This document shows, one piece after another, positions 24,432 to 37,499 of a stretch of 64,000 nucleotides of DNA. The stretch spans positions 94,366,001 through 94,430,000 of the forward strand of contig NC_086107.1 in assembly GCF_963921235.1 (NCBI RefSeq). Reading direction: 5' to 3'. The DNA comes from Mobula hypostoma (lineage: Eukaryota). Under the pieces are notes generated by a model that did no database searches, was not told the origin of the DNA, and was given only the letters and a program-made list of their open reading frames with translations. The translations under genes were made by a program, and so were the position numbers. The stretch's first letter is position 1; the number at the start of each line of letters is the position of its first letter.

Positions 24432-24929
24432 GTAGTGACAGCTCAAGTAACAGAATTGAGAAGTTTTATTGAAATGATGAAGTCTCAGCATTAAAAAAAA
24501 GAGATGACGCAGTTAATGAATGAATTAGATGACAAAAAGAAGATTCCTATTTCATTACCAATGGAAGTGGAAGGAATTAGGAAAGATACCGTCCAAACAG
24601 AAGCAGGGAAGCAGATTGCTGAGGAGGATAGCATGAACTACTTACCTGAAATTCCAGATTCTAACCAGGAAACATGTGAGAGTAAACCAAAAAGTTCAGT
24701 TGAGATACATGAAGAAAAGCTTAAAGCAGAAAAGAAGAAAAAGAAGAAGCACAAGAAGAGTCATGGCCCAGACAGCGAAGAGCCAACTTCAAGAGTTTCA
24801 GTTAGTTGACATAGATTTGTTTATTGGTTAATGTTGTTATTTGTTTTTCTTCTTAAGGAGAAGATGATGTGTTTCTTCAGAGAATTACGTATTTGTTTTG
24901 ATTAATGTTGTTCTTTATTTTTTCTTTTT

Positions 24930-24942
24930 AAGGAAGGGAAGA
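24930..24942 (+). promoter_or_regulatory. Polypurine tract
   Basis: AAGGAAGGGAAGA directly abutting the 3' LTR. Confidence 0.85.
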
Positions 24943-25141
24943 TGTGGTGATATCACGTGCAATGACGTGTCAGTTCCTGATTGGACAGCACTGAGCATGC
25001 GCGGGGTTTGCCAAAATGTATCAGCATGTGGCGGGGTTAAGATGTGTTTGCTTACTTCTGTAAATAAAAGTTCTTTAACTCTTCCAGAATATGATTCTTT
25101 GTTGTTAAACCACAGAATGTTTAAATAGAAGTAACATAACA
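24943..25141 (+). repeat. 3' LTR (199 bp)
   Basis: Direct repeat of the 5' LTR; about 14 substitutions and one 3-bp indel by hand alignment. Confidence 0.95.
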
Positions 25142-26697
25142 CAAGTTTTTTGCTGTCATAGGTTTTAAGATTTTAAGATGAGTTTTACTTGTCACTTGTA
25201 CGTTACAACATACAGTGAAATACGTTGTTCGCATCAACGACCTACACAGTCTGAGGATGTGCTGGGGGCAGCCTACAAGTGTCGCCATGTTTCTGGTACC
25301 AGCACAGCATGCCCACAACTCACCAACCCCTAAGCTTTTGAATGTGGGAGGGAGCTGGAGCCCCTGAAAAAACCCAGTCGCGGGGAAAACACTCAAACTC
25401 CTTACAGACAGTAACCAGAATTGAACTCTGATCACTGGCACTGTATGCTAACCGCTGCATTATGGTGTGTATACATACACTGGGTGTAAATGCCATGAAA
25501 ATTAACTTTCTGCTGCAGGAACACAGTACATTACAAGAACAGGGCAAAGACACAAACTTAAATTAACATAAAATAACTTGCATGTATGCAAATTAATAAA
25601 CAAAATAAAATGGGTGTTAGTGCAAGATAGAGACAGGACAAAGGCATCCAGTCCAAGGTACCTCATGACCGTGAACATTTTTAGATCCTTTCAAAAGTTC
25701 CATTGCACGTTGAGTATAACAAATGTGACCACATCTAGACTCCAAATCCCCTGCTGAACCGTATCAGATCAATCATGAGAATTGGCTAGTGCGCATGCAG
25801 CCAATTGATCACATAGTTAATCGATTGGGCCTCCTACGTGCAGAGGCCTGTCTTTTTGCACAGGCTTTCAAGCGCACACTTTTTTTCCATTCTAGCGGGC
25901 TCTGCTTGTCTCTACAGCACTGAAAGTTTGCCTAGCATGTACAGTTACTAACGTGACTCAGTTAAAACATTCAATCATACTACTCTGTTGTCATTTCTTG
26001 CTCCGTGCATACGCAACACCTGCCACCTGACATTTTCAAAGCACTGAAATAGGAAACAGCTTTTGTTCTCATTTTGCTCAGAGAGCAATGCCATGAGTTC
26101 ACCGAACAAACGGTGTCACTCATCTCCAGTTAGCTGACTCACAATGAGAATTAGCAAGTGCATAAAAGGGAAGGACTTGCAGAATGATGAGGCTCAAAAT
26201 TAAGTTTGTAAATATTGACTCAATTCCCTTTGTAAGCATTGGCCTGTTTCAACCTTTCACTCTGATACTAGATGATGAACCTGGTCAGATGACAGAGCTC
26301 TCACTGGGTGAGCATTTCAGAGACAGTTGCCACAATTCCCTGACCTTTACAGCAGACAGTATGGGAAAGTATCTAACTGAGGAAGGGGAAATTACAATGC
26401 TATCAGGCAGGAACTTGGAAGCATAAAATATACCAGGGGGAAATGCACAACAGAAATGCGGAGGTTGTTTTGGGAGCTCCTGCAGAGGGCTCTGGATAGG
26501 TTTGTCCCATTGAGGCAGGGAAAGAATGGTAGGGTGATGGTGAACCGTGGTTGACAGGAGATGTGGAACACCTAGTCAGGGGGAATAAAGAGCTTACTTA
26601 AGATTTAGGAAGTAAGTCAGACAGCGCTCTAAAGAGTTACAAAGTAGCCAGTAATGGACTTAGGAGAGCTAGAAGAGAATGTGAGAAGCCCTTGGTT

Positions 26698-27702
26698 CAG
26701 TCAGTCAGTGGGTGCCGTCCCGAATCTGGGGTTGGCAGCTATGCACCTCCATCTTCCTCGATCTTGCGCTCTTTTTCTGGCCTCAGCATAACTCAACCCA
26801 GTCCATTGCCTCACATTATCGTACCAAATGGTTTGCTGCCTTCTTCTTTCCCTCTTTCCTTCTATCATCCCTTCCAATAACAATTTCTGCAGTCCACCAC
26901 CTCTTAACAAGTGTCCAGCATATTCCAGCTTCCTTTTCTGCACATTCTTCAGCAACTCCTTTTCTCTCCTCGCCCTCTTCAACACTTCCATATTACTGAC
27001 CTTCATCACCCATCTAATTTTCTGCATTCTCCTTAAACGCCACATTTCAAATGCCTCCAGTCATCGTTGCGCTTCCTTGCGTAAGGTCCATGATTCGATT
27101 CCATACAACAGACTGTTCCAGACGTAGCATTTCCAAATTCTACAACGTAGCCCAAAGTCCGACCTCTTGCCACATAGCACGTCACCCAGGCTCCAGTATG
27201 TTGATCTTGCAATCTCAATTCTTCGTCTAATTTCTGTATCACATTTCCCATCCTCTGTGACCACCTGTCCCAAGTACACAAACTTCTTGACTTGCTCTAT
27301 GCCTATGCCATTAATTTTGAGACTGATTTTGGAGACTTCTTTCTTCCGTGATGCTACCATCATCTTCGTCTTTGCAGCATTTATTTTCATTCCAAATCGT
27401 TCTCCTTCAGCATTTATCTTATCTATTATTCTGAGTAACTCGTCCTCAGTCTCGGCTAACAACACTGAATCATCTGCATACCTCAAGTTCTTCACCGTCA
27501 CTCCACCAATTTGGACACCAACTTCATCATTCAACACCCTGAAGATTACCTCTGAGTAAACATTAAATAATAAAGGGGAGATAATGCAGCCCTGGCGAAC
27601 CCCTTTTTGGATCTCAACTTCCGGTGAATTCCCACCACAGTTCTTACTACTGCCTTCTGATGCCAGTACAGACTCGCAATCAGTCGAACATCTTTCCCAT
27701 CC
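26698..27702 (-). mobile_element. 5'-truncated RTE-clade LINE inserted in a CR1 fragment
   Basis: GVRQGCIISPLLFN, LRYADD, LLYGIESWT, LEAFEMWRLRRM; (ACTG)n tail; TSD AGCCCTTGGTT at 26687-26697 and 27703-27713. Confidence 0.9.
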
Positions 27703-28582
27703 AGCCCTTGGTTAAGTAGGATTAAAGAAAATCCGAAGGTCAGGAGAACAGGCGGATGACTAGAGTGAGGGTAGGTCCAATCAAGGATAAAATAGGAAAT
27801 GTGAGCCTAGAGTTGGAGGAGGAAAGTTAGTTCTTAATGAATACTTTGCTCACCAGTGCGAGAGACCTTGACAATGTGAGCAGGACAAAACAGACTGATG
27901 CACTGGAACACGCTGATGTCAAGAAGCCCAGGTCACTGCGGTCAGAGGTCCGTGCTAGTCCAGAAGTCAGAGTCCGAAGATGAAAAACTGGGCAGAGTCC
28001 GAAGTTGGAGGCCTGGTGTCTGCAAATCTGAGAGTTTGGCTAAGGACTGGAGGCCCAGAGGTAGCCTGCCCTGGGGATGGAGGCCTGTCAGTGTGTGAAA
28101 GTAGGTGGGTGGGGAAGGGCTTCTCCTTGCTACCGTTGTCTTGTTTTATTGTTCCTGCTTGTGTTTGTTCTGCTGAACATTGTGGGCATGCTATGTTGGC
28201 ACTAGAATGTGTGGTGATGCTTACGGGCTGCCCCTGGCATATCCTTGACTGTGCTGGTTGTTAATGCAAACAATGCATTTCACTGGATGTTTCAATGTAA
28301 TAAATAAATCTCAAGATGAATCTGAGTCTAACTGTTGGATTGGATAGGCAAATTGACTTCCTTTTGTATGACAGAATTCCAACTCACCAAAGTGCTGGAC
28401 GAGACTCTGGGTGCTGACTGGGGTAACCCTGCTCTACCTTTACTTGCACCAGAGATAAGTCGCCAGGCTGTTCACAAGGTTTGTTAAAAATGTTATATGT
28501 GCATAAATTATCGACAAGTCAAGGGAATTCTAGGTATGATGAAAAAAAACAAGGTGACAAAAAAATGCACCATCATTCTTAC

Positions 28583-28687
28583 CTTGAGCACCTGTGCCCT
28601 GTTGATCAAGTATGGCAAGTCAAAGTTCTGAATGTTGTATCCAGTAATTATATCAGGATCAGCTACTCGGATAAATTCTGACCAAGT
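28583..28687 (-). CDS. POLD1: POLD1 coding exon (exon 10 equivalent), 105 nt, ExoII motif
   Basis: ctcag|ACT...AAG|gtaag; [35 protein letters not shown]. Confidence 0.97.
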
Positions 28688-31600
28688 CTGAGGAAAAAGA
28701 GAAAAATATTCAAAGGTTTTTGAAGTCCTCAAATTGTACATCAATATTTGAAAATAAACTCATCAGAATGCTCTTCACTGTACATCTGTGGAAATTTGCT
28801 AGAGTGCTTTAGCCTTAGCCGCTGGCCTGCCTTCCTCATAATTGCAGCAACATGATGAGCCCAGGATCGATCTTCAGGGATGTTAATATCCAGGAAATTG
28901 AACTTGCTCGCCTTTTCCCTTGCTGATCTCTTGACGAGGACTGGTGCATGTTCTCCTGACTTCCCTTTTTGAAGTCTACAATCAATTCCTTGACCTTACT
29001 GACACAGTGCTAAGTCATTGTAGTGACACCACTCAACTAGCCGATCGATCTATCTCACTACCATACGCCTCCACGTCACCATCTGAGCTTCAGCCAACAA
29101 CAGCTGTGTCATCGGCAAATTTATGGATTCTGTTTGAGCTGAGCGATGTTGCGTCAGCTTGTGGATAAAGGGAGAGATATTTTTCCAAAGGATTTCAATC
29201 TTAACAAGACAAATTTGAATAACAAATTCCTACTCAGTGTCTGACAAACTGGCTCACGCACTGCAAGATCTCTGCTGAGAAGCAGGGTGTTGTCCTACAG
29301 AAGGAGCCCAGCATGGGGAGAGAAGCAACTCAAAACCAATTACAGTAAGATGGACAGCTGACCTACCTGGTCAACGAATGATATAATATCAAACTCGACA
29401 ATAACTAGAACACATTTCTATACAAAAGTATTATTTTCTCTTTGTTACATAGAATGTTACAGCAGAGAAAAAGGCTCACTAAGCCTAAATGTTCATACAC
29501 AACACCCACCTCCCACTCTCTATCATTCATTCAACACAGCCTATTCTCATCTACACTCGCTCTGTTAAATCTTTTAATCATAAATGTTGGTTCAAGGTAT
29601 AAATTTGGGTTATTTTTCTTGTGGTTTAACTTTCCTATGCTTGCTTATGATTTTTATATAATCACCTGTATACATGTAGGTTTTATATCAGTATATATCA
29701 GCAGGTTTTCTAGTAATTGTAGAATAACAGATTCTACTTTCTAGAAGCTTCTCAGTTTTTCTGCAGCAGGTGTCAAGTCACTTAAATCTAGCTATTTTAT
29801 AGGTTAATTGTTATTACTGATATGTCATCATCTTTGGCTAAATATGAGATCACCACGACTTCTTTGTCTTTGCTAATTTTTTTCTTGCTTTTCATCCCTT
29901 TAACACTTAATAAAATGACTGCAACCACCAAGTTTTATGCCTCCATACACTAGATCCACCTGCTTTCTAAAGAGCAAACAAATATTGAGATCTGGTAATG
30001 CAATTTGGGGCCAATCTCCACTATGGAAGCTCAGCGAAGAGGTTGAGCCTCAACAGCGAGCTTCCAAATCTTGAAGTACAGCGTCCTTCCACAAGAGCAG
30101 AATTAAGCCATTTGGCCCATTGCATCTACTCTGCCATTCAATCACGATTGATATTCTTTCCTCAAACCATCCCCCCACCATTCTCCCTATAACCCCAAAC
30201 CCCATTGCCAATCAAGAACCCAACAGTCTCTGCCTCACATTAGTTTCCCAAGGAGCCTCTGAACATCATGTCAGAAGTGCCAGGTATGGCATTTCCCTGG
30301 AATAAAAGACTGGGCCTTGTGGTTGCTGCAACTCATGATATTTAATAAGCTTACTTTCAGGTACAGAATGTGGGTAGCACAACCGAGACCAGTATCTACT
30401 GCTGTTGAACGGAGTAGCTGCCTAGGCCATTTCGTAAGGCAATAAAGTGACCCACACTGCCGTGTTGACCTGAAATAACAGACAAGGCAGTACCAGCAAA
30501 TTTCCTTCCCCAAAGTAAATAGGTGAGCAAAATGAGTTTCTATAAAACTCCATGAATTTCATAATCATTGCTAATACTAGCTCCTCACCTGGAATTAGTT
30601 TGATTGAGTATGTAGCTTTGAACGCCAGTCCCCCAGACCTTCAATTGAATGGCCCCAGACAACTGGTCTACCAACAGACACTAAGGTACAATACCTTCAG
30701 CATCATTTAACTAACCTTTCACTGACATTCATTTCTAAGATCAACAGAGACAAATATTTCAAAAGAAAAATTATTAGCTTTATTTGTCACAGGTACATCA
30801 AAACAGTGAAATGTGTTAATTTACATCAACGACTACAGACCCTGGATGTGCTGGGGGCAGCCACAAGTGCCGCCATGCTGCTGACACCAACGTAGCTTGC
30901 TCAGAACTTACTAACCCTAACCAGTTCCCCTTTGGAAAGGTGGAAAGAAACCTACACAGTCATGAGGAGAGTGTACAAACGCCTTCCAGAGGGTGGCAGG
31001 AATTGAACCCTGATCGCCACTTTGCCCCCCTCAATATTTCTATTGCATACTAAATTTACAGCCAGCAAAAAGCAGTGGATACAGCACTGTCCACCACAGG
31101 AAAAGCCCTCCCCACCGTTGAGCTTGTACATCTACTAGGCTTCTGGCTTCTGAAAGTGACCCAGATACTGAACTGATTCCACAACCAATGGACTCACTTT
31201 CAAGGACTCATTATCAAAGTATGTAGACTATATACAACCTTGAGATTTGTCTCCTTAGGGAGCCACAAAGCAAAGAAACTCAATCAAAGCCATTTTAAAA
31301 AAAGACTGTCAAACACCCAATGTGCAGAAAAAAAAATAAATCCAGCAAACAATAAAAGTAAGCCTGAACTGAAGTTCATGGAAGTGAGTTCACAGCCCTG
31401 AAGCCAGTCAAAGCCATTAGCTGCAGGCGGCAACCTCAGTTCAGCACAGAGACCAGTAAACCTTGCAGCTCGTCCCTCTCCTCCAGCCTCTACACCCTGA
31501 CCTTTTCAATCTGGCCTGGTGCTTAAATCGGCCAAACAACGGTTGTTCCTCACTCTCCGATCCAGGCCCTGCCATTTCGATCCACTCTCAGGCCGGGATC

Positions 31601-33639
31601 TGCCATCTCAATTAATTGTTTGTTTGTTTGTATTTGTGCAATTTGTCTCCTTTTGGACATTGGTTGCTTGTTCATCTTTATAAGTAGTTGTTTCATTAAT
31701 TCTGTTATGTTGCTCTGTATCCATTGTGAATGCCTGCAAGAAAACTAATCTCAGGGTAGTATATAGTGACAAACGTGGAGATCGATAATAAATTTACTTT
31801 GAAATTTACTCTCAACGAGACCTTGTTGCTAGATCTCTTTCACAAAGTGCCTGACAGTGGACTGAACTTCCTACTGAATCAATAAAAATTTTCTGTACTC
31901 ATAAGAAACTACATGGATTGCTACCAAAAGTCTGCAGAAAATAAATATCTGGATGTAAAAGATTGTTGACGTGTGGATTCTTCATTTTTATTTTGGTAGT
32001 ACAGGTTCCCAGAATGTTGGTTAGATTAGCAAGGTTATACTACTGCCTATCCATAACATTTAGGATTTGCTGGACCACTTCAAGAGTCATAACAAGTCAA
32101 CCAGCGAGTATAGACAAGAGTCCTGCATAGACCAGGCAGAGCCATGAAGGTGATTTTTCATTCTAGTGAAGAAACTAGCAGCTTTCACGGTGCATTTCTT
32201 CCCTGAGTAATAGACCAAATTACCTGATTTATCGAATTCAATTTCAGTGCTCTCCATGGTGATATTTAAACTTACAAACACAGAGATTCCGCTGGAAATG
32301 CAGAGCAACACACACACAAAATGGTGGAGGAAATCAGGCCAGGCAGCGTCTATGGAAAGAAATAAACAGTTGATGTTTCAGGCCGAGACCCTTTGCATCC
32401 TCATGCACCCTAGATTCTGCACCCTTCTGATGAAGGGTTTTGGCCTGAAGCTTCGACTGTTTGAACTATACAACCTCAGTCACTGGTCTAGAATAACTAC
32501 TTCACTATGGCGCACGCGGAAAGAAAAAAAAAGTTTGATTACCCAAAATCAAACTAGCTTTCTCCCCCAAAATCAAACTAGTTTTCTCCCCCACCTCCAC
32601 TGAATGGAACAGAAATGCTGATGGTGAAGCTGTGTGCACCCAGCCGAATGGGCACAGTCCTCCTTCTATGTAAATTTGACTGAATACTGCTTTAGCTGGC
32701 TAGATCTAAAAGTGGAGAGGCTGCAGACACAAAACCACAGAGGATTTTTTTTTTTGCATAAGCCTCACTTCATTCCAGAACGTGGGCCATTAGAATCTGC
32801 CCTTTGGGGAAACTAATCAGTTCTCCATCAGCGGCGCTTTCAAAAAGTATGCGATAATATGCAGATAAAATACATATATAAAACGGGATAAATAGAGTTG
32901 CTGAGAAAACACAAGAATAGCCTACTCTGCAATCCACCACTGATTCTGCAAAGAGCAAAAAAAATACAAACACTTCCTCTCATATACAACCTCATTTCTT
33001 GAGATGCAAGCAGAGTTCAGGACAAGTTTCCCAACTAACATTGAGTCAGCGCAAATACTCTACTGATTCACAGAGCAACACCAGCACAAGCCCTTCAGCC
33101 TAACTTATCCGTGCCGACTAAGATGCCCGCTGAAACTAGTCCCATTTGCTTGCGTTTGGCTCTATATCCCTCTGAACCTTTCGTATCTGTGTACCTGTCC
33201 AAGCGTCTTATAAATGTTGTTATTGTACCTGCCTCAACCACTTCCTCTAGAAGTTCGTTCCTTATACTCACCATCCTCAAGCTGCCCTTCAGGTTTGTTT
33301 TAAATCGTTCCCCTCTCACTTTACAACTACGCCCTCTAGTCTTCAATTTCCTTTCCATGGGAAAATGACTATGTGCATTCACCATATCTATACCCTCTCA
33401 TGATCACCCATTCTTCTCTTACACTCCAAGGAATTAAGTCCTGCCCTGCCCAGTGTCTCCCTATAACTCGGGCCCTCAAGTCCTGGCAAAATTTTGGTTA
33501 ATCTGCTTTGCCCTCTTTCCAGATAATGGCTTCTTTGCTATAACAAACGTACAGAGCACACCAAGTGCGACCTCAGCAATGTCCTTCACAGCTGCAGCAT
33601 AGTTCTGAGCAAGTGCAGCATTGTCACAAGTGTTAGCTT

Positions 33640-34500
33640 GACATAAAAGACACAGAATCAGGTTCAACATCACAGACACGTCATGAAAATTGTTGTTTCA
33701 CGGCAACCATACAGTTCACATAAAATGTATATAAAAAATTAAATTTAATAATTAATGCAAAAAGAGAACAAAAAATAGTGAGGTAATGTTCGTGGGTTGG
33801 TTCATTGTCCGTTCAAAAATCTGAAAGCCGAGGGGAAGAAGCTATTTCTAAAACATTTGAGTGTGTGTCTTCAGGCTTCAGTACCACCTCCTTGATGGTA
33901 GTAAAAAGAAAAGAGTACACCTGAGTGATAAGGGGTTTGTAAATGATGGGCGCCGCCTTTTTTGAGGCATCACATTTTGAAGGTGTCCTCAATGTGTGGA
34001 AGAGCTGGTGCCCATGATGAAGCTGGCTGAGTTTACAACCCTCTGCAACTTTTTCTGATCCCGTGCAGTGGCCCCACAATACCAGGTGGTGAGGCAACCA
34101 GTTAGAATGCTTGCCACACTACATCTGTACAGATTTTAAGTGTCTTTGGTGACATACCAAGTCTCCTCAAACCCCTAATGAAATATAGCCTTCTTTGTAA
34201 TTGTATCAATATATTTGAGTCCAGGATAGGTCCTCGGAGATGTTGACACCCAGGAACTTGAAACTGCTCACCCTTTCCACTGCTGACCCCTCGATGAGGA
34301 CTGGTGTGTTCCCTGTACTTCCCCTTCCTGAAGTCCACAATCAATTCCTTGGTCTTACTGATGCTGAGGGCAAGGTTGCTGTGGTGACACCACTCAACCA
34401 ATCTATCTCTTACTCCTGTACATCCCTTCTTTACCCTCTGAGATTCTACCAGCAACAGATTTGTCATTAGCAAATTTATAAATGGAGTTTGAGTCATGGA
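33640..34500 (-). mobile_element. Rex/Babar-like LINE 3' fragment
   Basis: LVEWCHHSNLALSISKTKELIVDFRK and RLYFIRGLRRLGMS motifs; frameshifted. Confidence 0.7.
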
Positions 34501-35222
34501 TCTACTCATGCCTTTGCAGGTCATTGCAAAGGACTGTAAAGCACTTCACAAAAAAAAACAGGGCTCTCCAATGCCCTAATCAATATTTACCCACTGACAA
34601 GGTTACTTTGTTATTTATATTTCTGGGAGATCTTCCCAAATTGCATTACAATGTAGACCAAAAGACATAGGAGCAGAATTAGGCCATTTGGTCTCTGGAG
34701 TCTGCTCTGCCATTCCACCACGGTTGATTTCAAGGACTCTACAACTCATGTTCTCATGTCATTTATTAACTCGTCGTCTTTTGCACACTGGTTGTTTGTC
34801 AGTCTTTGCTTATGTATAGTTTTTCATAAATTTCTATTTATTTCTTTATTTTCCTGTAAATGCCTGCAAGAAAATGAATCTCGAGGTAATACACGGTGAC
34901 ATACGTGTACTTTGACAATAAATTTACTTTGACTTTGTATTTTAGCTCTCAGCCTCATTTTCCTGCCTTCTCCCTGTAAGCATTTGACAGTCTTACTCAC
35001 CAAGTTAAGACCATAAGACATAGGAGCAAAACTTCACTGGCTGGAAATCCACTTACATTCAATGATCACAAACATTTTCACTTTTACCTCAGGAACCTTC
35101 ACTGTTCAGTGACACCCACTGAAGGAGCACAAGCACTTGGTTATCAGACAAGCACCAGGCCCTCTTCAGCACCAAGGCAAAATGGCTTGTCATTATCAAG
35201 TTCATACTGTAGGTGAAAACCA

Positions 35223-35525
35223 GGTGGCACGGTAGCCCAGTGGTTAGCACAATCACTTTACAGCACCAGCAACCACCGATCAGGGTTCAATTCCTGCCGC
35301 TGTCTGTAAGGAGTTCGTACGCTCTCCCCGTGAATGTGTGGGGTTTCCTCCCACATTGCACAATGTACATTTAGGGTTAGGTTTAGTGAGTTGTGGGCAT
35401 GTTATGTTGGCGCTGGTGGTGTGGATGCCCAGGCCGCCCTCAGCACAATCCTCAAACTGTGTTGGTCACCGACACAAATGACACACTTCACTGCATGTTT
35501 TGATGTGACAGATAAAGCTGTAAGC
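35223..35525 (+). mobile_element. tRNA-derived HE1/V-SINE-like SINE (representative copy; others near 22370, 41995, 51810, 55450, 58130, 60090, 63661)
   Basis: A box TAGCCCAGTGG, B box GGTTCAATTCC, central GGTTTCCTCCCACA domain; dispersed homologous copies in the window. Confidence 0.8.
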
Positions 35526-36782
35526 CTTATAAACACCAGTGAAATGTGCATAACTGTAAAAAATAAAATTTCACATTAGATATTTGCATTCAACTGGGAG
35601 TTACCCACAATCTCAGTAATGAATATATTTAAACACAGAAAACCTCCATGCTCAGGAAGGAGAACTACATTGTAGGAGGGTGGTCAGTTCTCATTAGAAC
35701 TTAGAAGCACAGCACAGGAACAGGCCCCATGGCCCACTATGTTGTGCCAAACTATCTAAGTTAGCAGTAAAATGCTAAATTAATCCCATCTACCAACACA
35801 ACATTCATGTGCTTAAGAGTTTCTATTGTATCTGCCTCCACCACCACACCAGGCAGTACATTCCAGGCACCCACCACTTTCTGAATTAAAAACTCCCCCC
35901 CCCCATATCTCCTTTTAAATTGCACCCCCCCACACACACACATTACATACATGCCCTCTTGGAGCAATATTGCGCTGATCTAATTAAACTAGTAATTAAA
36001 CACCTACAGTAACTCTTTCTTTCTTCCTACACAACGTCCATATCCCCCCATTCTCTGCATGTCCATGTAGCTATCTAAAGAGCCTCTAAAACACCTCTAC
36101 CATATCTGCCTCCACTTTCATCTGAGCTAGCTCATTTCAGGCACCCATCATGACATTTTTAAAAAACTAGCCCCGAACATCTCCTTTGAATTTTCCCCCT
36201 CTCACTTTGAAGGCATGTCCACTGATATTAAACATTTTAACGCTGGGAAAAAGATACCAGCTATCTGCTCTATCTATACTTTTCAATCTTATAAACCTCT
36301 ATCTGGTCTCCTCTCAGCCTCAGCCACTCCAGAGAAAGCAACCCAAGTTTGTCCAACGTCTCCTTATTCCCACTAATTCAGGCAGCATCCTGGTGAATTA
36401 TTTGCACCATCTCCAAAGTCGCTATATCTTTCCTATAACAGGGCAACTGGAACTGAATACAATACTCAAGATACAGCCCAGCTGTAGGCTTTTATAATGC
36501 TGTAACATTACTTCCCAACTCCTGAACTCGTTTTTTCAACTAATGAAGACAAGCCATCTGCCTGCTTTATCACCTGATCAACTTGAGTAGCCATTTTCAG
36601 GTTTTCAGGGAGGTATGGATTTGGACCCAAAAACTCCTATGAAAATCAATATAGTTAAGGGTCTTCAAAAGAATAAACTGTCCAAGAGGATGATACAATT
36701 TATTCCTGTTAGGTCCGAAGATTGACACAAATCACTAGCAAAGAGAAGTGAATAATTCAGTACACTCCATCGGTTCATATAC

Positions 36783-36949
36783 CTTCAGAAGTTCACTCTC
36801 CTTCTCGAAGCATAGCACCTGCGATCCAACAATGCTGGCACAAGACTTGAGAGTGAAGACGTTACGGATAAAAGGATCCTTCTCGCCCTGTCTCAGCATC
36901 ATGTTGCCAATCTGTATCACAGGGTCCTTCTCAGCCTCTGGAAAAACAC
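36783..36949 (-). CDS. POLD1: POLD1 coding exon (exon 9 equivalent), 167 nt
   Basis: tttag|GT GTT...AAG|gtata; GVFPEAEKDPVIQIGNMMLRQGEKDPFIRNVFTLKSCASIVGSQVLCFEKESELLK. Confidence 0.96.
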
Positions 36950-37499
36950 CTAAACAAACGCAAGTGTTAGACCATAAGGAACAGAATCAGGTTTGGGTGC
37001 ACGTCCTCATATTTGCCCTGCCATCTAAGTCCTGGTCCCAACTCCACTTACCTGCCTGTTCCCCTTAATTTCAACTCCCAGACATTCATCGATATCAGCC
37101 CAGACACAGGGATTCCAACCTTTTTGATGCCATCAACCTATACCATTAAGCAAGGCGTCCATTGACTCAACCACACATTCATGAGGGTAAGAATTCTAAA
37201 GGATCCCAAACCTGAAAACAAAAAGACGTTCTCATCTCAGCCCTTGAACTGAAATGATGTCTCCATATATCAGATATCCCCATGAGGGGAAGCATACTCT
37301 CAGAACCTACCCTGCCAAGCTCTCTTAGAACATCTCACTAAGATTACCCTTCATTCTCAGGGTTGAATGTGAAATAAAATCTACAGAGGAATCACACATA
37401 AATAACCAACTAAATATTAAACATTGTAAGGTACAGAACAGTTTAACTGACACTTCAAATACCATGCGGCAGGGAGATGTATTATATGCCAATGTGGGA

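Larger units (their letters stand above)
23104..25141 (+). mobile_element. Non-autonomous Ty3/Gypsy (Mag-like) LTR retrotransposon, 2038 bp, no pol
   Basis: TG...CA LTRs at 23104-23305 and 24943-25141; TSD CAAGT at 23099-23103 and 25142-25146; PBS and PPT present; gag with two zinc knuckles. Confidence 0.95.

Noticed and set aside
32543..32592. 24-bp tandem duplication (QNQTSFLP x2 in the ORF track)
   Set aside because: Simple local duplication in non-coding intron sequence.
35223..35300. tRNA gene
   Set aside because: The A/B boxes run into a SINE body; no convincing cloverleaf.
36770..36782. U12-type introns (donors GTATAT here and GTATTT at 59823)
   Set aside because: Neither matches the GTATCCTT U12 consensus.
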